Shown here in pieces: positions 23,776 to 31,684 of a stretch of 54,099 nucleotides of DNA. Positions within the stretch are counted from its first letter, which is position 1. Every line of letters begins with the position of its first letter. Below the pieces are notes generated by a model. The model did no database searches and had not been told where the DNA came from. It saw only the letters and a list, made by a program, of their open reading frames with translations. The stretch is from positions 1-54,099 of the forward strand of contig VGLO01000001.1 in the NCBI GenBank assembly GCA_016866675.1. The letters are read 5' to 3'. A program made the translations under genes and the position numbers. The stretch is from Candidatus Staskawiczbacteria bacterium (GTDB taxonomy: Bacteria; Patescibacteriota; Minisyncoccia; Minisyncoccales; Staskawiczbacteraceae).

Positions 23776-24081
23776 TTATTCGTTAATTGATTTTTTTATT
23801 ATTCCTTTAATTCTATTGGTCTCCACTTTTATTTCATTACTACTATATATATCAAGTTTATCCAGTAAGCTTTCTCTCAAAGTTTCTTTTTGGTCAATAT
23901 GAAGTCTAAATAAAATTGAGCCATTTTTACGCTCACCATATAGATGGAATTTTGGATAAGAGATACTTCCCGACTGCCTCAACATAGAACAAATACCTTT
24001 TTCGTGAAACTTAATTTCACTATACCCAATTAATTTTGCAATATCAGTAATACTCATCTGTGTTTTAATACTGAATTCCAT
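23776..24081 (-). CDS. Hypothetical protein (YPKFHLY..LHIDQK), paralog B
   Basis: Shares MEFSI, IGY, YP.FHLY, LH.DQK, VE..RIK with paralog A. Confidence 0.75.
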   Translation of the reverse strand: MEFSIKTQMSITDIAKLIGYSEIKFHEKGICSMLRQSGSISYPKFHLYGERKNGSILFRLHIDQKETLRESLLDKLDIYSSNEIKVETNRIKGIIKKSINE

Positions 24082-24160
24082 AGTTGCTAAAAATTTTACT
24101 TTATGATACTATTTTTTCAGCACAAGAACAAGTTCTCTAGTCTCGCCAAGGGAGCGACAT

Positions 24161-24391
24161 ATGTACTATCTGATTATGGTAAAGCCTTCAGAAATTTTTG
24201 ATGGAGCTGAATGCGTTAGTCTGGAATTTGAGATATCTCGCAACAATCTAGAAGCAATCAAACAGTCTGAGAAAATTGCCTCTGAAGTAAAATTTAAGAT
24301 GCCTAATGGTCAAACCTGCAAAGGAGCTCCCGTGGCTCTTAGAGAATGGGGCGGAAACGACCCTCAACCTACAATTATTAAACAGTGGTAA
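24161..24391 (+). CDS. Small orphan protein, SD-led cassette
   Basis: TTGCTA-17-TACTAT (24084-24112), SD AAGGGAG, terminator 24400-24430. Confidence 0.72.
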   Translation: MYYLIMVKPSEIFDGAECVSLEFEISRNNLEAIKQSEKIASEVKFKMPNGQTCKGAPVALREWGGNDPQPTIIKQW

Positions 24392-24506
24392 TATTTTATA
24401 ATCTCGTACGCCCAATGCGAGATTTTTTTTGACAAAGTTTCCTCCATAGAATAACGTATAAACAGCACTTAAACAACAAATTTAACAAAAAGAAAAGGAG
24501 TTTACA

Positions 24507-24722
24507 GTGAAAGCATTTCTTAGTTTCATGATATTGCTCCTATTAATAACAGGAATAATACTTACAACTATGCTATTGATCTTACACTCAAGCCCTGCCG
24601 AGGGAGCATGGTTGGCGACTATCGCCTATCTCATACTTGGCACAATATTCACTGTGCCAAACCTTTTTCCGCAGACACACCACCCGGACTGTTACTTTGA
24701 CCTTCAGGAGGACTGGCAATGA
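24507..24722 (+). CDS. Small 2-TM orphan protein, SD-led cassette
   Basis: TTGACA-17-TAACGT (24429-24457), AGCACTTAAACAA, SD AAGGAG, GTG start. Confidence 0.7.
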   Translation: MKAFLSFMILLLLITGIILTTMLLILHSSPAEGAWLATIAYLILGTIFTVPNLFPQTHHPDCYFDLQEDWQ

Positions 24723-24892
24723 AAAATGAAGAGATTGTCGCGAGAGTAAGAGCTTTGGTCAAAAGCTATAATGAAGCATACGAGGGTCTTTTCACAAGAT
24801 TTGAACCAAATTACAGTAAAATAAGGAAAGAGAAGTTAAAACTTCAAGCAGAACTTACCACCGAACTTCGCAAAATTCTCTCTTTGCAATAG
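24719..24892 (+). CDS. 57-aa helical orphan protein (not in ORF track)
   Basis: MKNEEIVARVRALVKSYNEAYEG...KILSLQ; SD AGGAGG; ATGA overlap with the previous ORF; terminator 24898-24926. Confidence 0.7.
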   Translation: MKNEEIVARVRALVKSYNEAYEGLFTRFEPNYSKIRKEKLKLQAELTTELRKILSLQ

Positions 24893-24988
24893 TCTATATC
24901 CCCAGCTCGCCGCTGTGGGATTCTTTATTGACAAATTATTTATTTTGTAATATTGTATTATCTAGAACCTTCAATAAAGGAGAGTGTT

Positions 24989-25246
24989 ATGAAGTACAGA
25001 CTTCTCTATCAAATCTGGAGCTATGATGTGGTGACGGGGATGAGATACAGAGAAGAGCAATTAGAGGCACCAGATGACGAAATGGCCAAAACCCTTCTTT
25101 CTCAATTCTCTTTTAACCTAAAAGAGAGAGTTCATAGACTGCAAATCAAAGCATTTTTCATTAGAGAATTATTTCAGGCAGGCGAGCACCCGGATGAAGA
25201 TCGGCTCGTGATACGACTAGATACTGCCTCTACCTGGACGCCTTGA
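24989..25246 (+). CDS. Small orphan protein, SD-led cassette (85 aa)
   Basis: TTGACA-17-TATTGT (24928-24956), AGAACCTTCAA, SD AAGGAG, terminator about 25255-25281. Confidence 0.75.
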   Translation: MKYRLLYQIWSYDVVTGMRYREEQLEAPDDEMAKTLLSQFSFNLKERVHRLQIKAFFIRELFQAGEHPDEDRLVIRLDTASTWTP

Positions 25247-25342
25247 GTTTTTTGCCAGTTGCCCCAGCATCTGGTTTTTTATTTACTTGATAATTATAAT
25301 TTTTTATTATATCCTACAACCAGCACAAAGGAGGAATTATTA

Positions 25343-25546
25343 ATGGAAGACTATGAATGGGAATACTGTGTTTTTTCTCATAATGCTCAAAGCCGAGAAA
25401 TCTATGATTTCACTGCCGAAGATGATAATAAAGCAGTCTGCATAGTAAGAGGAAAGAAAAGAGATATGGAAAGAATTTACAGGAAAGTTAAACACGTTGG
25501 ACTATTCCGAAAGTTAAAGATTATCAATGTAAGCTTCTTTAACTAA
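25343..25546 (+). CDS. Small orphan protein, SD-led cassette (67 aa)
   Basis: TTGATA-17-TATCCT (25287-25315), SD AAGGAGG, terminator 25545-25568. Confidence 0.75.
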   Translation: MEDYEWEYCVFSHNAQSREIYDFTAEDDNKAVCIVRGKKRDMERIYRKVKHVGLFRKLKIINVSFFN

Positions 25547-25567
25547 GACACGTATATGTGTCTTTTT

Positions 25568-26620
25568 TTATCCGTGTTTAAACTCTATTACATCACCATC
25601 GCGAACCACATACTCCCTTCCTTCGGTTCTAATTTTTCCTGTCTCACGAGCTTTGGCGTAACTTCCTGCTTTTAGTAAATCTTCCCAAAAAATAACTTCA
25701 GCTTTTACAAATTTTTGCTCAAAGTCACTATGAATTACACCGGCAGCTTGCGGAGCTTTGTCCCCCTTATGAATTGTCCAAGCACGCGTTTCATCTTCTC
25801 CTGTGGTCAAAAATGTTTGTAGTCCCAATAGTTCGTACGATTTTTTAATTAAAATATCTGTCCCTGATAATTCAGGCAAACCTAATTCAATTCTTTCTTG
25901 TCTAGACAAGTTATCTGCATCAACTTCAGTCCCCACATCAACAATAACATAGTTTTTTAGAGTGTTTTTAAGTTCATCACCTACTTCTTCTGGCTTTCCA
26001 TTTAATAAATATAGTCTTGGCTTAAATGTTAAAAGTTGAAAGTTTTTCAAAATCTCTATTTCATCATCTGACCATTCTTGATCAACTAATATTTTTTGTT
26101 GACTTAAAAATTCTTTAGCTTTTATTAAGACAGCATGCTCTTTAATCCCCTCTTTCTTTCCGGCACGCAAATCTCCTGATAAACCATCAATTCTTTTATC
26201 AACGGTTTCTAAATCTTTTAAAATGAGCTCCACATCTAAAATTTCTTTATCTCTTAGAGGATTCACATCATTTTGAGTATTAATAATATCTGAATTACCA
26301 AATACTCGTAAAACATAAACAATAGCATCTGTTTCTCTAATATTTGCCAAAAACTTATTTCCCAACCCCTCTCCTTCAGATGCACCTTTTACTAAGCCGG
26401 CAATATCAACAAAGTCTACGGTGGCATATATTTTTTTTGCAGATTTTGAAAAATCTGATAACTTATGCACTCTTTCATCTGGAACCAAAACAACCCCAAC
26501 AGAGGGGTCAATTGTGGCAAACGGATAATTTGCAATCAGTACCTGTTTTTTAGTTAATGTTTTAAATAGTGTGGATTTACCAACATTCGGTAACCCAACT
26601 ATTCCTATTGATAAACTCAC
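25568..26620 (-). CDS. ychF: Redox-regulated ATPase YchF
   Basis: GIVGLPNVGKSTLF, DIAGLVKGAS.GEGLGN.FL, C-terminal TGS domain. Confidence 0.98.
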   Translation of the reverse strand: MSLSIGIVGLPNVGKSTLFKTLTKKQVLIANYPFATIDPSVGVVLVPDERVHKLSDFSKSAKKIYATVDFVDIAGLVKGASEGEGLGNKFLANIRETDAIVYVLRVFGNSDIINTQNDVNPLRDKEILDVELILKDLETVDKRIDGLSGDLRAGKKEGIKEHAVLIKAKEFLSQQKILVDQEWSDDEIEILKNFQLLTFKPRLYLLNGKPEEVGDELKNTLKNYVIVDVGTEVDADNLSRQERIELGLPELSGTDILIKKSYELLGLQTFLTTGEDETRAWTIHKGDKAPQAAGVIHSDFEQKFVKAEVIFWEDLLKAGSYAKARETGKIRTEGREYVVRDGDVIEFKHG

Positions 26621-26684
26621 TTTTTGAATAATACAGTATTTTTAAGCAAAATAAAAGTCCCGACGAGATGTCGAGACATTATTG

Positions 26685-26924
26685 CTATCCTTTTTTGTGT
26701 TTTCCATTTTTACCATTTTTTGGCAGAAGTGGCTTTTGCCATTCCGGTGGTCTTCCGGTTTCGTTCATATATTTTAGAAGATTTTCAAGGGGAATTCTTC
26801 TGAATGTTCCAACCATGTATCCCTTTATATTGCCTCTATCAAATTCTCTGATAATGGTTTGTTGAGAGCACCTACAAATTTTAGCTGCCTCTGCGGTTGA
26901 AAAAATATCTGGATAGTTTTTCAT
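26685..26924 (-). CDS. Excisionase/MerR-like helix-turn-helix protein, SD-led (79 aa)
   Basis: FSTAEAAKICRCSQQTIIREFDRG.IKG...RRIP; SD GGAGGTG before ATG 26924; terminator 26653-26678; 12-bp stem upstream at 26952-26994. Confidence 0.8.
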   Translation of the reverse strand: MKNYPDIFSTAEAAKICRCSQQTIIREFDRGNIKGYMVGTFRRIPLENLLKYMNETGRPPEWQKPLLPKNGKNGKHKKG

Positions 26925-27010
26925 TTCCACACCTCCAAATCTGGTAATACTCACGACGCAATAATAAAGAAAATTTCTGCACTATTGCGTCGTGGGTAAA
27001 TTTTAATGAA

Positions 27011-27877
27011 CTATACCGGCAAGACTGGGCGTAATTTTTTTCTGTATTTTAATATACAATTATTGCAACAGATAACTTTTTTTGATGGCCTCATTGAGTC
27101 ATCATTATAAAAGTCTTCTGACTTTTTATTGCAGTATCTGCACTTTCCTACTATTTCCCTTTTTACATTTTCAACAACAGAAGTCAACATTCTGTTATCA
27201 AAAACAAACAAACTTCCCTTAAAATGTTTCCCAGGAAATTTTTTAATATAGGTATGTATTCCGTCTTTTAGTTGATATAGGTTTTTAAAACCCCTGTCTT
27301 TTAGTAAGACAGTTGCCTTTTCGCATCTAATTCCACCTGTACATACTGCCACCACCTTCTTGTCCTTTAAATTATCTAATTTTCTTAACTTGGCAGGTAA
27401 ATCTCTAAATTTTCTCAAATTTGGATTAACAGTATTTTCAAAATAACCAGCATCAATTTCAAAATCATTTCTTAAATCAAGTACCACAAAATCTTCCTTT
27501 TTTTCATACATTTTATCAAGCTGTGTAGCAGTAACCACTGGAGCTGTATCCCTCTTAATATTTAAAGAGCCGACTCCTAATGTAACTACCTCTTCTCTTA
27601 CTTTTACTTTTAATTTGCCGAATGCATTGCCATTTCCTTTACTCTCCTTGAAAACAACATCTTTAAAAACTTTTTGCTCACGCAATTTTTTAATGTATAA
27701 TTTAACATTTTTAGTAGTCCCCTCAAGGGTTGCATTAACCCCCTCTTTAGCAATAAGCATTCTGCCTGTTAAACCAAAAGACTCAGCAATTTTTCTTTGT
27801 TTTATTTTAAAAGAATCCGGATTTTTTATCGGAGTAAATTTATAAAATAGTATAATGTTGTACTTATTACCTTTCAT
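27011..27877 (-). CDS. trhO: UPF0176 rhodanese-domain protein (TrhO/YceA-like tRNA U34 hydroxylase)
   Basis: LFYKF, GR.LIA.EG.NAT, D.RN.FE, CTGGIRCEKA, FVFD.R; start moved to 27877 because the longer ORF overlaps tRNA-Ala. Confidence 0.85.
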   Translation of the reverse strand: MKGNKYNIILFYKFTPIKNPDSFKIKQRKIAESFGLTGRMLIAKEGVNATLEGTTKNVKLYIKKLREQKVFKDVVFKESKGNGNAFGKLKVKVREEVVTLGVGSLNIKRDTAPVVTATQLDKMYEKKEDFVVLDLRNDFEIDAGYFENTVNPNLRKFRDLPAKLRKLDNLKDKKVVAVCTGGIRCEKATVLLKDRGFKNLYQLKDGIHTYIKKFPGKHFKGSLFVFDNRMLTSVVENVKREIVGKCRYCNKKSEDFYNDDSMRPSKKVICCNNCILKYRKKLRPVLPV

Positions 27878-27895
27878 ATTTGGTCTAAAAAAAAG

Positions 27896-27972
27896 TGGTG
27901 GACCTGACTGGACTCGAACCAGCAACCTCCTCATTGCAAATGAGGCGCTCTAGCCAATTGAGCTACAGGCCC
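27896..27972 (-). tRNA. tRNA-Ala(TGC)
   Basis: Cloverleaf, anticodon arm CCTCA-TTTGCAA-TGAGG, G3:U70, encoded CCA. Confidence 0.97.
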
Positions 27973-28015
27973 ATATGTTTGATATTATATCAAACTTTAT
28001 TTAATTTCCAATACC

Positions 28016-28477
28016 TCATACTACTTTTAATATTTTGATTTTTACCTTTTTTCCCTTAACTTCGTAGCCAAATTCCTCGTCAACTTTCCTTCCTATTAAT
28101 TTTCCTCCTAATGGCGACTGGTAAGAAATTTTGTTTTTTAAAATATCTGCTTCAGTTGGACCAACAAGACTATAAACTTCTTCCTTTCCATCAAATAAAA
28201 TTTTGACTTCAGAACCAACCTGTATGACTCCCCCTTCTTTTTTCTCAACAACAATAGCATCGTTAATAGCATTTTCTAACTGCTCAATTCTTCCAAGCAA
28301 ATAAGACTTTGCATTTCTTGCATCATGATAGGCTGCGTTTTCTTTTAAGTCACCAAAAGCGGCCGCTTCAGCTATTAGCTTTACAATTCTTCTCATTTCT
28401 GTGGTTTTTAAATCCTTTAACTCGTCTTTTAACTTTTTTAGTCCGTCTTTAGTAAAATATTGTACCATTGAAGTCAT
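28016..28477 (-). CDS. greA: Transcription elongation factor GreA
   Basis: T..G..KL..EL, GDLKENA.Y, ISYQSPLG; start may be 28468. Confidence 0.95.
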   Translation of the reverse strand: MTSMVQYFTKDGLKKLKDELKDLKTTEMRRIVKLIAEAAAFGDLKENAAYHDARNAKSYLLGRIEQLENAINDAIVVEKKEGGVIQVGSEVKILFDGKEEVYSLVGPTEADILKNKISYQSPLGGKLIGRKVDEEFGYEVKGKKVKIKILKVV

Positions 28478-28671
28478 GGAGGCAGGTCGCTCGCCCTTAC
28501 CGCCCTCGCCCTACTAAGGCTAGCTCTACGGTTCTGGTCTCGCTCTTTCAAAACCCTCTGTTTTGAATTATTTCCTACACGGGGAAACCGAATTTTCCCC
28601 GACCCCCCCTCCAGTTGTATTAATTTTAAGTAATCGTACAGTTATACTATCAAAATTCTTAAAAATTTCAA
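28477..28671 (-). promoter_or_regulatory. greA promoter and GC-rich structured 5' leader
   Basis: TTGAAA-16-TAGTAT (28671-28644); closing stem TGGAGG..GGTCG/CGACC..CCTCCA with three inner hairpins ending at the start codon. Confidence 0.5.
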
Positions 28672-28680
28672 GTAAAAGAA

Positions 28681-28705
28681 AAGTCACTCACGAGCGTAAG
28701 TGACT
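28681..28705 (-). terminator. Terminator closing the 16S-downstream array
   Basis: AGTCACT/AGTGACT stem followed by TTTTCTTTT on the minus strand. Confidence 0.65.
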
Positions 28706-28714
28706 CAAGAAAAA

Positions 28715-29112
28715 TGCCAGATAACTAAGGTGTCCGGTTGCCCATGAAGCTGGCCGTCACCATTCGGCCGAGGAGGTAGCAACCGTCGGTTTCAACCAAA
28801 GTTATCTGGCAATATTTTAGTGAAAAGCTGAGCAGTCAATCACCGTTCCAGACGAGACAACGAGTCTCAGTCAACAACTGACTGCTCAGCAAAAGAGCAA
28901 AGTGCTAGACAGCTAGCAGATGTCAATGCGGATTTTTGAACCCAGCGCAGTTCTGACCTACGCAGTCAAAACCTTGATTCAAAAATATACAATGACGGCT
29001 TGTGGCTCCCCATTTGACCCAACAAGCCAAACCTGTTAACTGTCTAGCGAACTAGACAATCAATGAATTCCACGCAACCCGCCGAGGTTATAAGAATTCA
29101 TCAACTGTCCAG
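28715..29112 (-). ncRNA. Tandem array of four stem-closed RNA modules downstream of 16S
   Basis: Modules 28715-28811, 28827-28890, 28904-29048, 29052-29112, each closed by a 12-19 bp stem; G-U pairs indicate the minus strand; no ORF in the track. Confidence 0.65.
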
Positions 29113-29360
29113 AAAATTACTTACTAATTTTAGTAAACAATTTACTAGACAGTCTCATTAACCAAATTAATTTAAATTAGTTTCTTTAAGTTGCTTCGAA
29201 TAGTTGGTTTTTTTGTCGAAACCAGCAAAAACGCATATCTATTGAAAGAGATTATTAATTCTTCGCAAAAGCTTCGACCGGCTTGCGCCAGGCGCCTTAG
29301 CGAAAAATATTTCTCTCGCAATATAGTCAACGCTCAATATCTTGGTAAAACCAAAATATT

Positions 29361-30826
29361 TAAAAAAATGATCCACGAGCAGCTTCCGCTACCCGTGCCT
29401 TGTTACGACTTAGTCCCTCTCATTGAGCCTACCTTGATCCCACTTGCGTGGAGCTTCGGGTATTCCCAACTCGCTTGACTTGACGGGCGGTGAGTACAAG
29501 ACTCAGGAACGTATTCATCGCCACGTAGCTGATTGGCGATTACTAGCAATTCCAACTTCATGAGGGCGAGTTTCAGCCCTCAATCCGAACTGGGACCGGC
29601 TTTGGTGGGATTATCCTCCGTCTTGCGACTTCAGTACCCATTGTACCGGCCATTGTACCACGTGTGCAGCCCTAGGCATCAAGGGCCATGCTGATTTGGC
29701 GTCATCCTCGCCTTCCTCCCAATTATCTCGGGCAGTCCCCTGTGACATATAAAACACAGGGCAAGGGTTGCGTTCGTTACCCGAATTAACGGTACGTCTC
29801 AAGACACGAACTGACGACAACCATGCAGCACCTGCCCAACTGTCTTGCGAAGTTCTACTTTCATAGAATTGTCAGTTGGGTTTCTAGCCTAGGTAAGGTT
29901 CTCCGGTTGTTGTCGAATTAAGCCACATGGTCCACTGCTTGTGTGAGTCCCCGTCTATTCCTTTGAGTTTTAAACTTGCGTTCGTACTTCCCAGGCGGAT
30001 AACTTAACGCGTTAGCTTCGCCACTGGCAGGGTCGACACTGCCAATAGCCAGTTATCATCGTTTACGGCGTGGACTACAAGGGTATCTAATCCTTTTTGC
30101 TCCCCACGCTTTCGTCCCTCAGTGTCAGGGTCGCCCCAGCTAACTGCCTTCGCTTTTGGTATTCCCGATGAGATCAACGGATTTCACCCCTACTCCATCG
30201 GTTCTGTTAGCCTCTAACGCCCTCTTAGTCTGGCAGTATTCAAAACAGCTCAAAGGTTAAGCCGATGAGGTTTAATCTTGAACTTACCAAACCACCTACG
30301 GACCCTTTACGCCCAATAAATCCGGGTAACGCTTGGGGTCTCTGTATTACCGCTACTGCTGGCACAGAGTTAGTAACCCCTTATTCATCTGGTACTCTCA
30401 ATAATTTGCTCCCAAATAAAAGAAGTTTACACCCCTAAGGGCTTCATCCTTCACGTAACGTCGCTCCATCAGACTTTCGTCCATTGTGGAAGATTCTCGA
30501 CTGCAGCCTCCCGTAGGAGTGTGAGCCGTGTCGCAGTCTCACTCTTGGGGGTCGCGCTCTCACGCCCCCTACCCGTCATTGCCTTGGTGGGCCATTACCC
30601 CGCCAACAAGCTGATAGGCCGCGGACCATTCATAAAGCGGCTTGCGCCTTTACTCTTGCGAGACTATGGGAAATTACCCCGTCTTTCGACGAGCTGTGCC
30701 CCACTTTACGGTATGTATCCACGTGTTACTAAGCCGTTCGCCGGTGCCCTTGCGGGCCCCTTGACTTGCATGCCGGTATCCACGTTACCAGCGTTCACCC
30801 TGAGCTAGGATCAAACTCTCAAAATT
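29361..30826 (-). rRNA. rrs: 16S rRNA, unlinked from 23S, lacking the anti-SD
   Basis: AGAGUUUGAUCCUAGCUCAG to AAGUCGUAACAAGG, intact h45, then GGAUCAUUUUUUUA; processing stem 30851-30880/29176-29204. Confidence 0.98.
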
Positions 30827-30974
30827 TCATGCCAGTTAGAGTACTGGCAGACTTATTCGAAACAACTTAAAAAAACTAATATCCCCAACATTGGGATGGT
30901 TGTGTACCAAGTTGGGATTCAGAATAAGTTTTTAATGTTCGTTTTCAACGGACCAACCTTTGGTACGCCAAGTG

Positions 30975-31118
30975 AAAAAAACACCCGCGAAGACCTACAA
31001 ACTTTGTAAACCTTCGCGGATATTTTTAAAACAATATATTTTAAAAATGTTTGCCTTTTATTTTGTTTAATTGTATTACTCTCCTCTCCCATTCTATTCT
31101 AAATAATCTGAATGTCAA
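30975..31118 (-). promoter_or_regulatory. 16S promoter and leader
   Basis: TTGACA-16-TAGAAT (31118-31091); TAAACAAAATAAA shared with the 23S leader; hairpin plus U7 at 30975-31019. Confidence 0.7.
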
Positions 31119-31130
31119 TAGCCTAATCCT

Positions 31131-31205
31131 TGGAGCCAGCTAAGGGATTCGAACCCCCGACCTACTGTTTACAAAACAGTTGCTCTACCGCTGAGCTAAG
31201 CTGGC
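31131..31205 (-). tRNA. tRNA-Thr(TGT)
   Basis: Cloverleaf, anticodon arm ACTGT-TTTGTAA-ACAGT, encoded CCA. Confidence 0.97.
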
Positions 31206-31252
31206 AAAATATAATTTTTAAAGACAATCAGTTTAGCGAAGCTGTAGAGGAA

Positions 31253-31327
31253 CTCTACCGATCGCTGATGTTCATTAATTTTTGTAAAAATTAATGAAGG
31301 CGACATAAGCTGGCAAAATATAATTTT
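31253..31327 (-). pseudogene. Duplicated tRNA-Thr 5' fragment interrupted by a palindrome
   Basis: 22-nt exact repeat (31197-31218 = 31306-31327) plus CTCTACCG, separated by TTCATTAATTTTT-GT-AAAAATTAATGAA. Confidence 0.6.
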
Positions 31328-31363
31328 AAATATACGGCGTGTGATACAAGTTAAAAATATGCC

Positions 31364-31684
31364 CTACTTTTTTCTTTTTTTCTTACTGTCTAATTGCTGG
31401 GCATTTTTTCTTATTCCATGAAGCAAACCATCAATTTTAGTTTCAGTTTTTAAAATCCAAATCTTTGCTTTAGAAAGTATCTTGTGTAAAAAAATCTGCT
31501 TTTCAAAAAAATCAAAGTGAATGTCCTTAATTCTTTTTTCTAATTTTTTAAGAGTCTTTGGTTTTTTAAAACCATGATGACCATTTTTGGGTAAGTTAAC
31601 CAAAACCGGTATTTTTTTATAAAGTAGAAATAGTAAAACTCCAGAAGAAACTATAAAAATTATTAAAGAAATAAGTTGTATCAT
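31364..31684 (-). CDS. Membrane-anchored hypothetical protein
   Basis: N-terminal TM, KKIPVL..LP, basic helical remainder; overlaps the tsf stop. Confidence 0.75.
   Translation of the reverse strand: MIQLISLIIFIVSSGVLLFLLYKKIPVLVNLPKNGHHGFKKPKTLKKLEKRIKDIHFDFFEKQIFLHKILSKAKIWILKTETKIDGLLHGIRKNAQQLDSKKKRKK

Noticed and set aside
23067..26954. Prophage remnant explaining the small ORFs and HTH gene
   Set aside because: No integrase, structural or replication genes; the ORFs are individually promoted and interleaved with core genes across about 28 kb
27878..27934. Extended N-terminus of the TrhO-like ORF
   Set aside because: Overlaps tRNA-Ala; ATG 27877 is the plausible start
28715..29112. 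CRISPR array or integron attC array
   Set aside because: Units are inverted-repeat-closed and unequal in length, with no identical direct repeats, no GTTRRRY cores and no cas or intI gene in the window
29191..30808. ORFs at 29191, 29611 and 30521
   Set aside because: Lie within or antisense to 16S rRNA
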